From the NCBI GenBank assembly GCA_963796275.1, contig CAWCKY010000007.1, forward strand, positions 640,001-704,000: a stretch of DNA of 64,000 nucleotides, in the 5' to 3' direction. The DNA is from an uncultured Acidobacteriota bacterium (GTDB taxonomy: Bacteria > Acidobacteriota > Blastocatellia > RBC074). Made by a program: the position numbers and the translations under genes. Shown one piece after another: positions 53,069 to 63,465 of the stretch (positions within the stretch are counted from its first letter, which is position 1; the number at the start of each line of letters is the position of its first letter). The notes under the pieces were generated by a model. That model worked only from the letters and a program-made list of their open reading frames with translations, did not search any database and was not told the DNA's origin.

Positions 53069-54229
53069 TCACCTCACCCCCAACAACAGATCGATCACGA
53101 GTTGATCTAATTTTTCGTATGGAAGTTTCTTCCCGGTCAGCGTTTTACGGTCGAGTTTCATCGTTTTTATACGTTCCGCGTTCTCTTTTGTTAGTTTCAC
53201 CGGCTCAAAATCGGGAGCGGTTGCGCGGATTTCGGCGAGCAGTGCCTGTATTTTGTCATCGTCGTTGAATTGCCTGACTTTCTCCTTAAAGATGAGATAG
53301 TTTCGCATGCATCCGGACGCGAAATCCCAGACTCCTTCCTCGTCTTCGCTGCGGTAAGCGTGCGCATCGAAGTGTCTGGGTCCTTCGTATCCTTTCTCCT
53401 CGAGCAGCTTGACGAGAAAGAAGAGGTTTTTGATGCCCTCGGAGCCGAAGCGCAGGTCCTGATCAAAACGAGGCCCCTTTTGATCGTTGAGATCGATGTG
53501 GAATAGCTTGCCGGCCTCCATAGCCTGAGCCACGACGTGATAAAAATTCAAGCCTGACATCTGTTCGTGGCCAACCTCCGGATTGACCCCCACCATCTCC
53601 GGGTGATCGAGCGTTTCGATGAAACCCAGATAAGCTCCGGTCGATGGGAAGTACATATCGCCCCGCGGCTCATTCGGTTTGGCTTCGAGGGCGAACTTGT
53701 AGCCATAACCCTGTGATATCGAATATTCGCAGAGAAAGTTCAAGGCCTCGCGGAACCACTTGATCGCCTCACAGGCATCCTTGGCCGCATCGACTTCGGC
53801 GCCTTCGCGGCCACCCCAGAAGACGTAAATCTTCGCGCCGACTTCCGCGCCGAGATCCATCGCCCGCATGGTTTTTTGGATCGTGTATAGGCGGACGCGC
53901 GGATCGTTTGAAGTAAATGCCCCGTCTTTGAAGACTGGGTCGGAGAAGAGATTGGTAGTCGCCATCGGAACGACCATCCCATGATCAGCGAGAGCGGATT
54001 TGAATTCGCGCACGATCTTATCGCGCTCGGCCGCCGTGGCATCGATCGGAACGAGATCATTGTCGTGGAAATTGACGCCGTACGCGCCGAGTTCAGAGAG
54101 ATGTTTAACGATGCTGACGGGCGCGATCGGCTGGCGCGTTGGCTCCCCGAACGGATCGCGACCAGGATTACCGACAGTCCAAAGCCCAAAAGTAAATTTG
54201 TGTTCTTTTTTTGGTGTTAGGTTGCTCAT
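53069..54229 (-). CDS. xylA: Xylose isomerase (Streptomyces/Thermus-type)
   Basis: [46 protein letters not shown]. Confidence 0.95.
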   Translation of the reverse strand: MSNLTPKKEHKFTFGLWTVGNPGRDPFGEPTRQPIAPVSIVKHLSELGAYGVNFHDNDLVPIDATAAERDKIVREFKSALADHGMVVPMATTNLFSDPVFKDGAFTSNDPRVRLYTIQKTMRAMDLGAEVGAKIYVFWGGREGAEVDAAKDACEAIKWFREALNFLCEYSISQGYGYKFALEAKPNEPRGDMYFPSTGAYLGFIETLDHPEMVGVNPEVGHEQMSGLNFYHVVAQAMEAGKLFHIDLNDQKGPRFDQDLRFGSEGIKNLFFLVKLLEEKGYEGPRHFDAHAYRSEDEEGVWDFASGCMRNYLIFKEKVRQFNDDDKIQALLAEIRATAPDFEPVKLTKENAERIKTMKLDRKTLTGKKLPYEKLDQLVIDLLLGVR

Positions 54230-54639
54230 AGAGGTCTCCTCAGAAAATAGAGATGACATACGGGATTTCTCGGAATGCCGGATCGAAGTGAATCCTCAAA
54301 TATCCTGTAAATCCTGCCCAAATTTTCATCGATTCCATATCTCGTCAGAGACGAGATAGTATGAATCTTTCTCTATCAATTATAAGAAGCCGCGATTGTA
54401 GCTGAGATATCCACGCTTGTGAATCGTTGTGAACACCGGCGGGAGAAAATATTTGAACGAGCATGGACATTAACCACGAATCGATACGGATGGACTACAC
54501 GGATAATATCCAGGGACTAACCCGCTCTTTTTACCCGTCGCGTCCGTGCCGATCCGTGGTTCGGATGTCTCAAGCTTTATAAATAGTCAGATCCTACAGC
54601 TGTAACATCGTTTTTATGATTTGCGAGAAGTAGAGGCTA

Positions 54640-54855
54640 TCAGGCCGATTGAGGATCGGTCTTTGCAAAAAGCGCCGCAAACGCTTCCCGCGCTCCCGGC
54701 GATTCCTCTTTGCGTTGCCTCAGCCAATCGGTCGTCACTTCGATTGCATTGCGCGCCCGAGCGGCCTTCTTCCCGCGTGATCTTCTGGCTTTACGTGTTT
54801 GACGAATCTGCTCCTGTAGAGGCGAATCTTTTTTGATAAGTTTTGCTTTTTTCAT
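54640..54855 (-). CDS. Small basic hypothetical protein, paralog A
   Basis: MKKAKLIKK...W...AREAFAALFA; homologous to 55471-55656. Confidence 0.7.
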   Translation of the reverse strand: MKKAKLIKKDSPLQEQIRQTRKARRSRGKKAARARNAIEVTTDWLRQRKEESPGAREAFAALFAKTDPQSA

Positions 54856-55063
54856 GTCTAGTCTTCCAATTTTTTTATTCAATAATTATTCAAGTTTTCT
54901 ATCTAAAACCAATATCCTATCTACCATAATTTTCAATGGCTTATCTCCCTCACTGATTGTAAAGGTAATAGCAATCTATGCAGCGTATGTAGCTGAGATG
55001 GCGAACGCAAAAGATAATCAGTTCATCACCACTTACACTGGCTCCACACCGCTCTCCGCTATC

Positions 55064-55196
55064 GATCCCTTGCTATCGATCTTTTGATCTGTCGATCTTT
55101 GATCTGTCGATCCATTGTTCCCATTGTTCCATTATTCTGTGAACAGTGTTCTGTCGATCAATCGATCTCTTGATCCATACTTTTGATCCAATGATC
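55064..55196. repeat. GATC-dense short-repeat tract
   Basis: 11 GATC counted in 133 bp. Confidence 0.8.
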
Positions 55197-55470
55197 TGAT
55201 GCTGACTGCAAGCATTCAGTGATTGGGGGTGGAAGAAACCCCAAGGGGTAACGAGTCATATATGGCAGATCCAAACTCCAGTGATCAGTCTACCACATGA
55301 CGAATCGTTTCCGCACATATTTTTTATTTTATTTGTCTAAGCGGTTGTCGTTTTTACTATTATTTTTATTTATCGTTCTGTCTGGGGCATAAGGCTTGCT
55401 TATAAACATTGCGAAACAAAGCGCGGATAAAAGCGTATTAACAGGTCACAGGAGATCACAGGAGATGATG

Positions 55471-55656
55471 ATGAAAAAAGCGAGGCTGATCAAAAAACAA
55501 GAGATAGAAGAGCAAGAGGCACATAAGGAAACGACCGCACTGAAGGAGAAGGTAAAGCAGCGATTGGGGGCAGTGGTCGAATGGCCTATGAAGACGACAC
55601 GCAAGGATCCGCGGAAGGCATTTGCTGAACTATTCGCTCAGCCGCAAACTCGATAG
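55471..55656 (+). CDS. Small hypothetical protein, paralog B
   Basis: RBS aggag; MKKARLIKK...W...PRKAFAELFA. Confidence 0.72.
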   Translation: MKKARLIKKQEIEEQEAHKETTALKEKVKQRLGAVVEWPMKTTRKDPRKAFAELFAQPQTR

Positions 55657-55669
55657 CCGAAAAAGAAAA

Positions 55670-55780
55670 GCGGCGAAGGATAAAGGGTTTGATGAGTGGC
55701 GCTCGCTTAGAACTATTCGTTGATAAGCGGGCATACTCACTAAACGTCAGGACGAGAGTTCTGACTGTCGCCTTCGCCGC
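55670..55780 (+). ncRNA. Putative three-way-junction structured RNA
   Basis: gcggcgaagg/ccttcgccgc; gctcgctta/taagcgggc; gtcaggac-GAGA-gttctgac; G-U pairs favour the + strand. Confidence 0.5.
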
Positions 55781-55801
55781 ATCTCAATCTCATTTTCTGA
55801 A

Positions 55802-55873
<72 letters not shown>

Positions 55874-55888
55874 ATATAATACACCTTT

Positions 55889-56431
55889 CTAGCCCATTCC
55901 GCGGCGATTTGTCAACGGGTTCAACATATTCCTCACGGTAAAATAACCGCGCAGCAATGACAGGCTGGGTTCTTCATTTGGTATAAGCAGAACACCGATT
56001 ACGTCATAGCGAAACGGTTCATCCTCGATCGCCAGGAGCCGGCGATAAACGCGCGCCACCCGCGCGATCTTACGCTGCTTTCGCCGGTCTACCGCCGATT
56101 CGGGCGCTGCCACTTCTGCGCTCGTTCTTGTTTTTACCTCGACAAATGCGAGAGTGAAGGGGATGGTCGATTCATCATAGGCGATGATATCGATCTCGCC
56201 GGTTAATGGGCGGCCTGTGCCGGTGTATCCGATCGGCGCGATGAAGTTAGTCGCGACGAGGCGATAGCCATGCTCTCGGAGAAAACGAGCTGCCATATTT
56301 TCACCGACCACACCCGTATCGGTATGGTGATCGATATGGTGATCCGATGGTGGTATGATGCACATTGCCCCTCCATTTGCTTCGCGATTAGCCCCTCGAA
56401 TGCGCCGAAAGATGTCCCGCAGCAATATCAT
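55889..56431 (-). CDS. yraN: YraN/UPF0102 family endonuclease-like protein; start uncertain
   Basis: GE..AARFL..GY, GEIDIIA, FVEVKTR, RYDV. Confidence 0.88.
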   Translation of the reverse strand: MILLRDIFRRIRGANREANGGAMCIIPPSDHHIDHHTDTGVVGENMAARFLREHGYRLVATNFIAPIGYTGTGRPLTGEIDIIAYDESTIPFTLAFVEVKTRTSAEVAAPESAVDRRKQRKIARVARVYRRLLAIEDEPFRYDVIGVLLIPNEEPSLSLLRGYFTVRNMLNPLTNRRGMG

Positions 56432-56589
56432 ATTTACTGGTATATCTGATTAAACAAACAACTTAATCCGCACGAATCTGTGCGATCTACAGTTTATTAG
56501 CGCCAATCTCATTATGAGATGCGCTTCGTAAGTTATACTGCACGCCCGCCCCGATTTTAAAGTAAATACAGGAAGGGAAGATAAGCTGC

Positions 56590-57606
56590 ATGAATTTTAG
56601 ATATTTGGGAATCGGGATTTTATTTTTATTGCTGATGCTCTCTCCCATCTGCGTACGTTATGCGGCGGCTCAAGGAGTACATCCGCCAGTGCCCGGTTAT
56701 ATTCCACAACGGGTATACGATTCTGTTGAGAAACGGTACACTGATTTTGAATCGATGCTCCTCGAGTTATCGCGTTCAGACGTTGTGTTTGTAGGGGAGC
56801 AGCACAATGACCCGGCGACGCATCGTTTAGAGCGCGCGATATTGGAAGGTCTGGCACGTCGCCGAGGGAATATACTCGTCGCGCTGGAGATGTTCGAGCG
56901 CGACGTTCAGTCTTCGCTCGACGATTATCTCGCCGGACGCCTGAGCGAAGAGGAGTTTCTCAGTAATTCGCGGCCATGGCCTAGCTATATGACGGACTAC
57001 CGGCCGCTGGTAGAGTTGGCGCGTTTTCGCAATTGGCGCGTGATCGCGAGCAACGTTCCCCGCCGATATGCTTCTCAGGTCTCAAAGCAGGGAATGGAGG
57101 CGATTGATGCCGTACCCGCCACCGAACGCAAATTAATTGCGGCTCAGTTTCAATGCCCTTTCGATGATTATTACAAGCGTTTCTCTCAGGCCATGGGCGC
57201 CCATCCGGGGCATGGGGATGAAGGAAAAGAAAAAGAATCGGGTGAGCGGGATGAGCAGAAGGATGAGCAACGCGCGATGATAGAGCGATTTTATTATGCG
57301 CAATGCATAAAAGATGAGACGATGGCTGAGTCGATCGCCCACCAATTTAACGAGCCGGAAAACGGATCACAGAAGCCGCTCGTCGTGCATTTCAATGGAA
57401 CTTTCCACAGCGATTACCGTCTGGGAGCCGCGGCGCGAACCAACCGCAGAATACCGCAATCGAAGATCAAGGTCGTGACGATCGTTCCGCTCGATAATCT
57501 GGATGTAATCCAACCCGATGAATATAGAAAAAGAGGGGACTACGTCATCTTTTCGCTCAAACCAGCGAGAAGCATGAACACGCAGAAGGCTGAAATAAAT
57601 AAATAA
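56590..57606 (+). CDS. ChaN/DUF399 family exported protein
   Basis: VFVGEQHNDPATH, LEMFE, DYRPL, KDETMAESI, NGTFHS. Confidence 0.85.
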   Translation: MNFRYLGIGILFLLLMLSPICVRYAAAQGVHPPVPGYIPQRVYDSVEKRYTDFESMLLELSRSDVVFVGEQHNDPATHRLERAILEGLARRRGNILVALEMFERDVQSSLDDYLAGRLSEEEFLSNSRPWPSYMTDYRPLVELARFRNWRVIASNVPRRYASQVSKQGMEAIDAVPATERKLIAAQFQCPFDDYYKRFSQAMGAHPGHGDEGKEKESGERDEQKDEQRAMIERFYYAQCIKDETMAESIAHQFNEPENGSQKPLVVHFNGTFHSDYRLGAAARTNRRIPQSKIKVVTIVPLDNLDVIQPDEYRKRGDYVIFSLKPARSMNTQKAEINK

Positions 57607-57706
57607 TGGAGGGCGCGCGGGGAACAGGTCGCGATGCAGGCGAGGCGCCGTGGCGGTGGGGGGAAGGTAGAAGCAAGATTTTCATTATCGCCGTCTTCTC
57701 GGCCGC

Positions 57707-58564
57707 CTATGTTTCCCGGTATGCGGAATTGATCACGCCGCCGACCAGAATAGCGACGCCCATCAGGTAGAGCCAGATCATGAGGACCATGACGCCTCCG
57801 AGTGCGCCGTAAGTTGCGCTGTAATCGGTGAAGCGACTTACATACAACCGCAGCCCGTATGAAATGGTAAGCCAGAAAACGACGGCGAAGACGGCGCCTG
57901 GTGATAAGAGCGCCCATCTCTGTTTGGTTTTTGGTGCGAAATAGTAGATCAACTCGACGCCGAACAGAACGAAGGCGATGACGACGAGCCATTGCCCAGC
58001 CCGCCAGACGGCGGTCAGGATTGAACCGAAGCCGAATGAATTCACCACGCTCGCGCTGATGTAATCGCCGAAAAATATCAGCATCAGCGCCGCGATGATG
58101 AGCGTCGCAAGGCCGAGGGTGAGGATGATCGCAAGGAGTCTCTCTCTCCACCAGGGCCGGGATTCCGCGGAGTTGGACGTTTTGTTGAGCGAGCCGATGA
58201 GCACTCCCATTCCTGACGATGACGCCCAGATCACGAGCAGGATGCTGAAACTCAGCAGCCCTCCTCGCCGATGTTGAGTTATCTCGAGATATGTTGATTG
58301 GACGAGTGTGAAGGCTTCAGCCGGAAGCACTTTACTCAGGGCGTAGATCCAGCGATCGAGATTGCCCTTTATCGGCAGGTAAGCAAGTAACGACGTCAAC
58401 AAAATCAGGAGCGGGAAGAGTGAGAAGAACCAATAATAAGCGAATTGAGCGCACCTGCCGAATACTTCATCCTCAAAAAGTTTGTCCCAGGTCCTGAGCG
58501 CTATCTCTCGCCACGATTTGCGACTCGAATTTTTCGAATATCCATTGTCTTCCTGGTCTGCCAT
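57707..58564 (-). CDS. YihY/virulence factor BrkB family membrane protein
   Basis: AYYWFFSLFP, WASSSG, YSATYGALGG..LMIWLYL. Confidence 0.9.
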   Translation of the reverse strand: MADQEDNGYSKNSSRKSWREIALRTWDKLFEDEVFGRCAQFAYYWFFSLFPLLILLTSLLAYLPIKGNLDRWIYALSKVLPAEAFTLVQSTYLEITQHRRGGLLSFSILLVIWASSSGMGVLIGSLNKTSNSAESRPWWRERLLAIILTLGLATLIIAALMLIFFGDYISASVVNSFGFGSILTAVWRAGQWLVVIAFVLFGVELIYYFAPKTKQRWALLSPGAVFAVVFWLTISYGLRLYVSRFTDYSATYGALGGVMVLMIWLYLMGVAILVGGVINSAYRET

Positions 58565-58615
58565 AACTAAATTATTTATGTCTGTTTCTGTGTGGTCAAC
58601 AACCATTCTAGAGTT

Positions 58616-59524
58616 ATGAAGATTCTCATTACAGGTGCAACTGGATTGATTGGCCGGGCGATAAGCCGGCGTCTGGCCGATGAAGCGCATCAGATCGTAG
58701 TTTTGTCCCGCCATCCGGAGAGTGCGGAAGTTGTGCCAGGGGCAAAGGCATACAAATGGGAGCCCGAACTTGGTCCGCCCGAAAGAAGAGTGTGGGAAGG
58801 TGTTGATGCGGTTATCCATCTGGCTGGAGAGCCGGTTGCGGCGTCGCGTTGGACTGATGAGCAGAAACGTCGTATACGCGATTCGCGAGTGATAGGGACG
58901 CGCCGGCTTCTAGAGGGCATGAAGGAATCTTCCGATCGCCCGAAGATACTTGTGAGCGGATCGGCGGTGGGTTTTTATGGCAACCGAGGTGATGAGCAAC
59001 TGGATGAATGGTCGGATCCGGGGCAGGGATTTCTTCCAGAAGTTTGCCGGCAATGGGAACGAGAGGCGTTAAGTGTGCAGGAGTTGGGATTAAGAGTAAT
59101 TATCGTCAGGACAGGCGTGGTGCTCAGTACAAATGGCGGGGCGCTGGAGAAGATGCTCATGCCTTTCAGACTGGGACTCGGCGGGCGCATGGGGGGTGGC
59201 AGGCAATGGTTCCCCTGGATTCATCTGGAAGATATCGCCGGCATCTTTTGCCATGCATTATCGTCGCCCGAATTGAGTGGTCCGATTAATGGCGTCGCTC
59301 CCGGGATAGTAATTAATGAGGAGTTCACCCGGGAACTGGCGGCGGTATTACATCGGCCGGTCTTCCTTGCGATACCGGATATCGTTTTAAAAATTACGAT
59401 GGGTGAAATGGCTCAGGTAGTTCTGGACAGTCAACGAATAATTCCCAGGGTTGCGCTGGAGTCGGGTTACAGATTCCGGTTCCAGATACTCAAGCTCGCC
59501 TTGAGGAGTCTGCTGGAGACTTAG
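58616..59524 (+). CDS. TIGR01777 family NAD-dependent epimerase (YfcH-like)
   Basis: TGATGLIG, HLAGE, SAVGFYG, PWIHLED. Confidence 0.92.
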   Translation: MKILITGATGLIGRAISRRLADEAHQIVVLSRHPESAEVVPGAKAYKWEPELGPPERRVWEGVDAVIHLAGEPVAASRWTDEQKRRIRDSRVIGTRRLLEGMKESSDRPKILVSGSAVGFYGNRGDEQLDEWSDPGQGFLPEVCRQWEREALSVQELGLRVIIVRTGVVLSTNGGALEKMLMPFRLGLGGRMGGGRQWFPWIHLEDIAGIFCHALSSPELSGPINGVAPGIVINEEFTRELAAVLHRPVFLAIPDIVLKITMGEMAQVVLDSQRIIPRVALESGYRFRFQILKLALRSLLET

Positions 59525-60008
59525 CTTGCGTGCGCAGGCATCGTCATGCTCGCGCACGCATAAGCCTAAAACATCCAGCATCGCATCAGGAGATGCGATA
59601 ATCAGGCGCTATTTACGCCTGTTATAAGCGAATCATATTGTGAGTCATTTTCGATATGCCACCTCCTGGTTTTTGGCCTTTACAGGCAGTTGAAGGTGTA
59701 AGAGATCCGGCCGTAAAAGGCCGTTCGCTTTATTGCAACCTGTCCGGATAGGTAGGACAATTCTATGTCCAGAAGGCTGACCCGATCAAGCGCTCGGAGG
59801 AATTGTCACGGACAGAGATAGGAAAGAAAACTTGCTGAGTATTTGCCATTTTGGGGATTTTTGTTTCCCCTTGCCCCTTTGCATTATCCATCAACCATCA
59901 TTATACTGCGCCGGATACTGCGCCAGTTTCTCAGTAACAGAGTGCCGCGATCGTTTCAATTCCGCCCCCCGGAGCGAGTAGTACGAACCCAAATCAAAGT
60001 AGAAAAAG

Positions 60009-61151
60009 ATGCTTATCACAGTACTCAAGGAAACAGAAAAAGACGAATCACGAGTTGCGCTCATACCGGAAGCCGTCAAAAAACTCACCGGCCTGAAGGC
60101 TGAGGTGGCCGTCGAGAGCGGCGCCGGCATCGAATCGGGCGCAAGCGACGCCGACTATGAAGGAGCCGGGGCCCGAATTTCCCGGGACCGCGCCGCGCTG
60201 CTCAAATCGACCGATGTTCTGGTAGCCGTCAACCGTCCTTCAGCCGTTGATTTAGCGGTATTGAAGAACGGTGCGGTCGTCATCGGATTCCTGCGGCCGC
60301 TCGATGAGCCGGAAAAGCTGATGCCGCTGCTCGATCGTGGGTTGACTGCATTCGCCATGGAATTGATCCCGCGCACAACCCGCGCCCAGTCTATGGATGC
60401 GCTCTCTTCGATGGCGACGATCGTCGGTTATAAGGCGGTCCTTCTGGCTGCATCGGCGGTCCCGCGCATGTTTCCTATGTTGACGACCGCGGCAGGGACA
60501 GTGCCTCCGGCGAAAGCGCTGATTTTGGGTGCTGGCGTCGCCGGATTGCAGGCGATAGCCACCGCCAGGCGTCTGGGAGCCGTCGTCGAGGGTTTCGATG
60601 TGCGCGCAGCCGCCGGTGAAGCCGTCCGCTCGCTCGGCGCCCGATTTCTTGAAGTCGATATGGGCGGGCTTCAGACCGAAGATGCGGGCGGTTATGCGCG
60701 TGAGGTGACCGAAGAAGTTATGGATCGCAGCCGCGAGCTGATAGCAAAACAGGCTAGGCAGACCGATTGCATTGTCACGTCCGCGCAGGTCCCCGGCAGA
60801 CGCGCTCCGTTGCTCGTAACCGAAGAAGCCGTCTCGGGCATGAAGCGCGGCTCGGTTATCGTCGATCTGGCCGGATCCACCGGCGGTAACTGCGCCTTAG
60901 CCAAGCCGGGCGAGGTGGTTGATATCGGTGGGGTAACTATATTGACACCACTCAACCTCGCCGCGACCGTTCCGGTGCACGCCAGCCAGTTATATTCGCG
61001 CAATGTCGTTTCATTTCTCGGACTGATGATTAAAGAAGGGGAGCTCAAGCTGGATTTCGACGATGACATCATCGGGCCTTCCTGCGCAGTGCATCAGAGA
61101 GAGGCGAAGCATCCGCGGATTCAAGCCGCCTTGAGCGTTACTTCGAAGTGA
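60009..61151 (+). CDS. pntAa: NAD(P) transhydrogenase alpha subunit part 1
   Basis: ESRVALIP, RAQSMDALSSM, GAGVAGLQA, GGNC. Confidence 0.95.
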   Translation: MLITVLKETEKDESRVALIPEAVKKLTGLKAEVAVESGAGIESGASDADYEGAGARISRDRAALLKSTDVLVAVNRPSAVDLAVLKNGAVVIGFLRPLDEPEKLMPLLDRGLTAFAMELIPRTTRAQSMDALSSMATIVGYKAVLLAASAVPRMFPMLTTAAGTVPPAKALILGAGVAGLQAIATARRLGAVVEGFDVRAAAGEAVRSLGARFLEVDMGGLQTEDAGGYAREVTEEVMDRSRELIAKQARQTDCIVTSAQVPGRRAPLLVTEEAVSGMKRGSVIVDLAGSTGGNCALAKPGEVVDIGGVTILTPLNLAATVPVHASQLYSRNVVSFLGLMIKEGELKLDFDDDIIGPSCAVHQREAKHPRIQAALSVTSK

Positions 61152-61158
61152 ATGATTT

Positions 61159-61220
61159 AAGTTTTTAGTTTCAGCCAGTGGTGATTTTGAGCGCAAACTA
61201 AAAACTGAAACTAAAAACTG
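61159..61220. repeat. Inverted short-repeat hairpin within the pnt operon
   Basis: agtttttagtttcag / ctgaaactaaaaact. Confidence 0.75.
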
Positions 61221-61239
61221 ATTCAGGGGAATATCCATC

Positions 61240-61566
61240 ATGAGTACACAAATACTGCTGTCTTCCCTCTACGTCTTTGCACTAGCTGCGTTCCTGGGGT
61301 ACCAGGTGATCTCTCGCGTCCCGCCTCTATTACACACACCGCTGATGTCGGCTACTAACGCCATCTCGGCGATTTCGGTGGTCGGAGCTCTCGTTACCGC
61401 TGGCGCAGACTATAACAATGTGAGCAAGATTCTCGGGCTTCTCGCGGTAATCTCGGCGATGATCAACGTCGTCGGCGGATTTATGATTACAGATCGAATG
61501 CTCAAGATGTTCAAGGATAAGGTCGGCGGTGGAAAGGAATCTGATGTGAAGGAGGAGAAGCGTTGA
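61240..61566 (+). CDS. pntAb: NAD(P) transhydrogenase alpha subunit part 2
   Basis: LHTPLMSATNAIS, GGFMITDRMLKMF. Confidence 0.95.
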   Translation: MSTQILLSSLYVFALAAFLGYQVISRVPPLLHTPLMSATNAISAISVVGALVTAGADYNNVSKILGLLAVISAMINVVGGFMITDRMLKMFKDKVGGGKESDVKEEKR

Positions 61567-62975
61567 TGGAACACAACAATACGGTTGGACCCACCTATCT
61601 CATCGAGCTCACCTACCTTCTTGCCTCGATCCTCTTTATTTTCGGTCTGAAAGGTTTGAGCAATCCGAAAACGGCTCGGCGCGGGATGAATATGGCAGCC
61701 GCGGGAATGCTGGCCGCCATCATCGGGACGTTGCTGCATCATGATATCGTCAGCTACGAACTTATCATTATCGGGTTGATCATAGGGAGCTTGATAGGCG
61801 CGGCGATGTCGATCTGGATGCCGATGACCGCCATGCCACAGCGGACTGCGCTTTCCCACGCATTCGGGGCGCTGGCAGCCTCGCTCGTCGGAATTTCGGA
61901 ATACTACCGCCACGTAGTGGATCTGGGTGAGGGGTTGCCGGCTTACAAAATGACCGCGCTGGGATTCGAAGTGCTCTTCGGCAGTCTGACGGTGACCGGA
62001 AGCCTCATCGCATTCGCCAAACTGCAGGAGTTGGTGCGGGGAACGCCGATAACCTACAAAGGACAGAATATCGTCAATGTCCTGCTTTTCGCACTCGCGG
62101 CGGGAATCTTCATATATCTGATCTTTGTGCCTACGTCGAGCACATTGTTCTATGTGATGGTCGGTTTATCGTTCCTCTTCGGCGTGTTGCTGGTAATGCC
62201 GATAGGTTCGGCCGATATGCCTGTCGTCATGTCCCTGATGAACTCATACGCGGGATTGGCCTCTGCCGCGACGGGATTCGCCATCGGGAACAACGTCCTG
62301 ATAATTGCTGGGACGCTAGACGGTTTTTCGGGATTCATCCTTTCCATACTCATGTGCAAAGCGATGAACCGTTCGATCACCAATGTACTCTTCGGTGCGT
62401 TCGGTTCGCCCGCGTCCGATAGCAGCACGATGGTTGAGGGCGGCGTCATGCGCGAAGTGAATTCAGACGACGTGGCCGTGCAACTGGCGTATGCGCGGCA
62501 GGTGGTCTTTGTGCCCGGCTACGGCATGGCGACCGCACAGGCTCAGCATGCCGTGCGGGAACTCGGCGATGCCCTCGAACACCGGGGCGTGATCGTCAAA
62601 TATGCGATTCACCCGGTTGCGGGGCGGATGCCGGGGCATATGAATGTCCTGCTGGCCGAGGCCAATGTGCCATATTCATCTCTTTACGAGATGGAGCAGA
62701 TCAATCCCGACATGAATGCGACGGATGTGGCGGTGGTGATCGGAGCCAACGATGTGGTGAATCCCGACGCTCGCGATAATCCGAAAAGCCCGATCGCGGG
62801 TATGCCTATAATCGAGGTCGACAGAGCACAATCGGTAGTCGTCCTCAAACGAGGGAAGGGAAAAGGATTCTCCGGGCTGGAAAACCCCTTGTTTTACAAA
62901 ACGAATACCGGGATGTTGTATGGCGACGCGAAGTCTTCTCTGACCAAGCTCGCGCAGTCTGTGCAGCAGACGTGA
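61566..62975 (+). CDS. pntB: NAD(P) transhydrogenase beta subunit
   Basis: ADMPVV, PGYGMA, HPVAGRMPGHMNVLLAEA, GANDVVN. Confidence 0.96.
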   Translation: MEHNNTVGPTYLIELTYLLASILFIFGLKGLSNPKTARRGMNMAAAGMLAAIIGTLLHHDIVSYELIIIGLIIGSLIGAAMSIWMPMTAMPQRTALSHAFGALAASLVGISEYYRHVVDLGEGLPAYKMTALGFEVLFGSLTVTGSLIAFAKLQELVRGTPITYKGQNIVNVLLFALAAGIFIYLIFVPTSSTLFYVMVGLSFLFGVLLVMPIGSADMPVVMSLMNSYAGLASAATGFAIGNNVLIIAGTLDGFSGFILSILMCKAMNRSITNVLFGAFGSPASDSSTMVEGGVMREVNSDDVAVQLAYARQVVFVPGYGMATAQAQHAVRELGDALEHRGVIVKYAIHPVAGRMPGHMNVLLAEANVPYSSLYEMEQINPDMNATDVAVVIGANDVVNPDARDNPKSPIAGMPIIEVDRAQSVVVLKRGKGKGFSGLENPLFYKTNTGMLYGDAKSSLTKLAQSVQQT

Positions 62976-63055
62976 TAATAACCAGCGGGCAGTAGGCAGG
63001 TGGAATGCCCCGAACTTATGGGGCGAAGGGAACCGCATACTGCCCGCTGATAATC

Positions 63056-63360
63056 TTACTTAATCGTCACGCTTACCGTATTTGCCTGCCTATCATCGAC
63101 AGTCGTCTCGACATTCACCGGGCCGCATCCGATGAGACTCGGATGCAGGATATGTTGCCTGGTGCGATTCCGATCAACGCCGGCAAACGCCACCTGACAG
63201 CTCACTCCGCCGAATCGCTCTTGGCCGTTCAATGCGGGACCGAAACCCGGTTCCAAAAACGCACCGTTGCGACTTTCGCCTCGCGAGCGATCTCTATCGC
63301 CGCCCAGGATGACCCGATCGGTGGTTGGACTCAGATTGATCGGAACGCGAAGCTCCTTGA
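63056..63360 (-). pseudogene. Degenerate copy of the TIGR03437-type C-terminal domain
   Basis: ccgatcaatctgagtcc..accgatcgggtcat and GGVSCQVAFAG..VNVETTVDDRQANTVSVTIK match the end of the neighbouring gene. Confidence 0.65.
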
Positions 63361-63465
63361 CCAGAATCGCGCAGGCTGTGCAGCAGACCTGATGAATAAA
63401 GGTAGGCAGTTCGTTTCAACTGCAGAAATCAGTTCTCACGAACCGCCTACTGGTTTGTTTTAGTT

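Noticed and set aside
54256-54562. Structured RNA or riboswitch upstream of xylA
   Set aside because: Consists of degenerate cggat/atccg inverted short repeats of a REP-like type; no riboswitch core recognised.
55064-55196. Chromosomal origin (oriC)
   Set aside because: No TTATCCACA DnaA-box cluster and no dnaA/parAB-type neighbours.
55686-55750. Hammerhead ribozyme (tgatgag motif)
   Set aside because: Lacks the CUGANGA and GAAA core; the motif is paired inside a stem.
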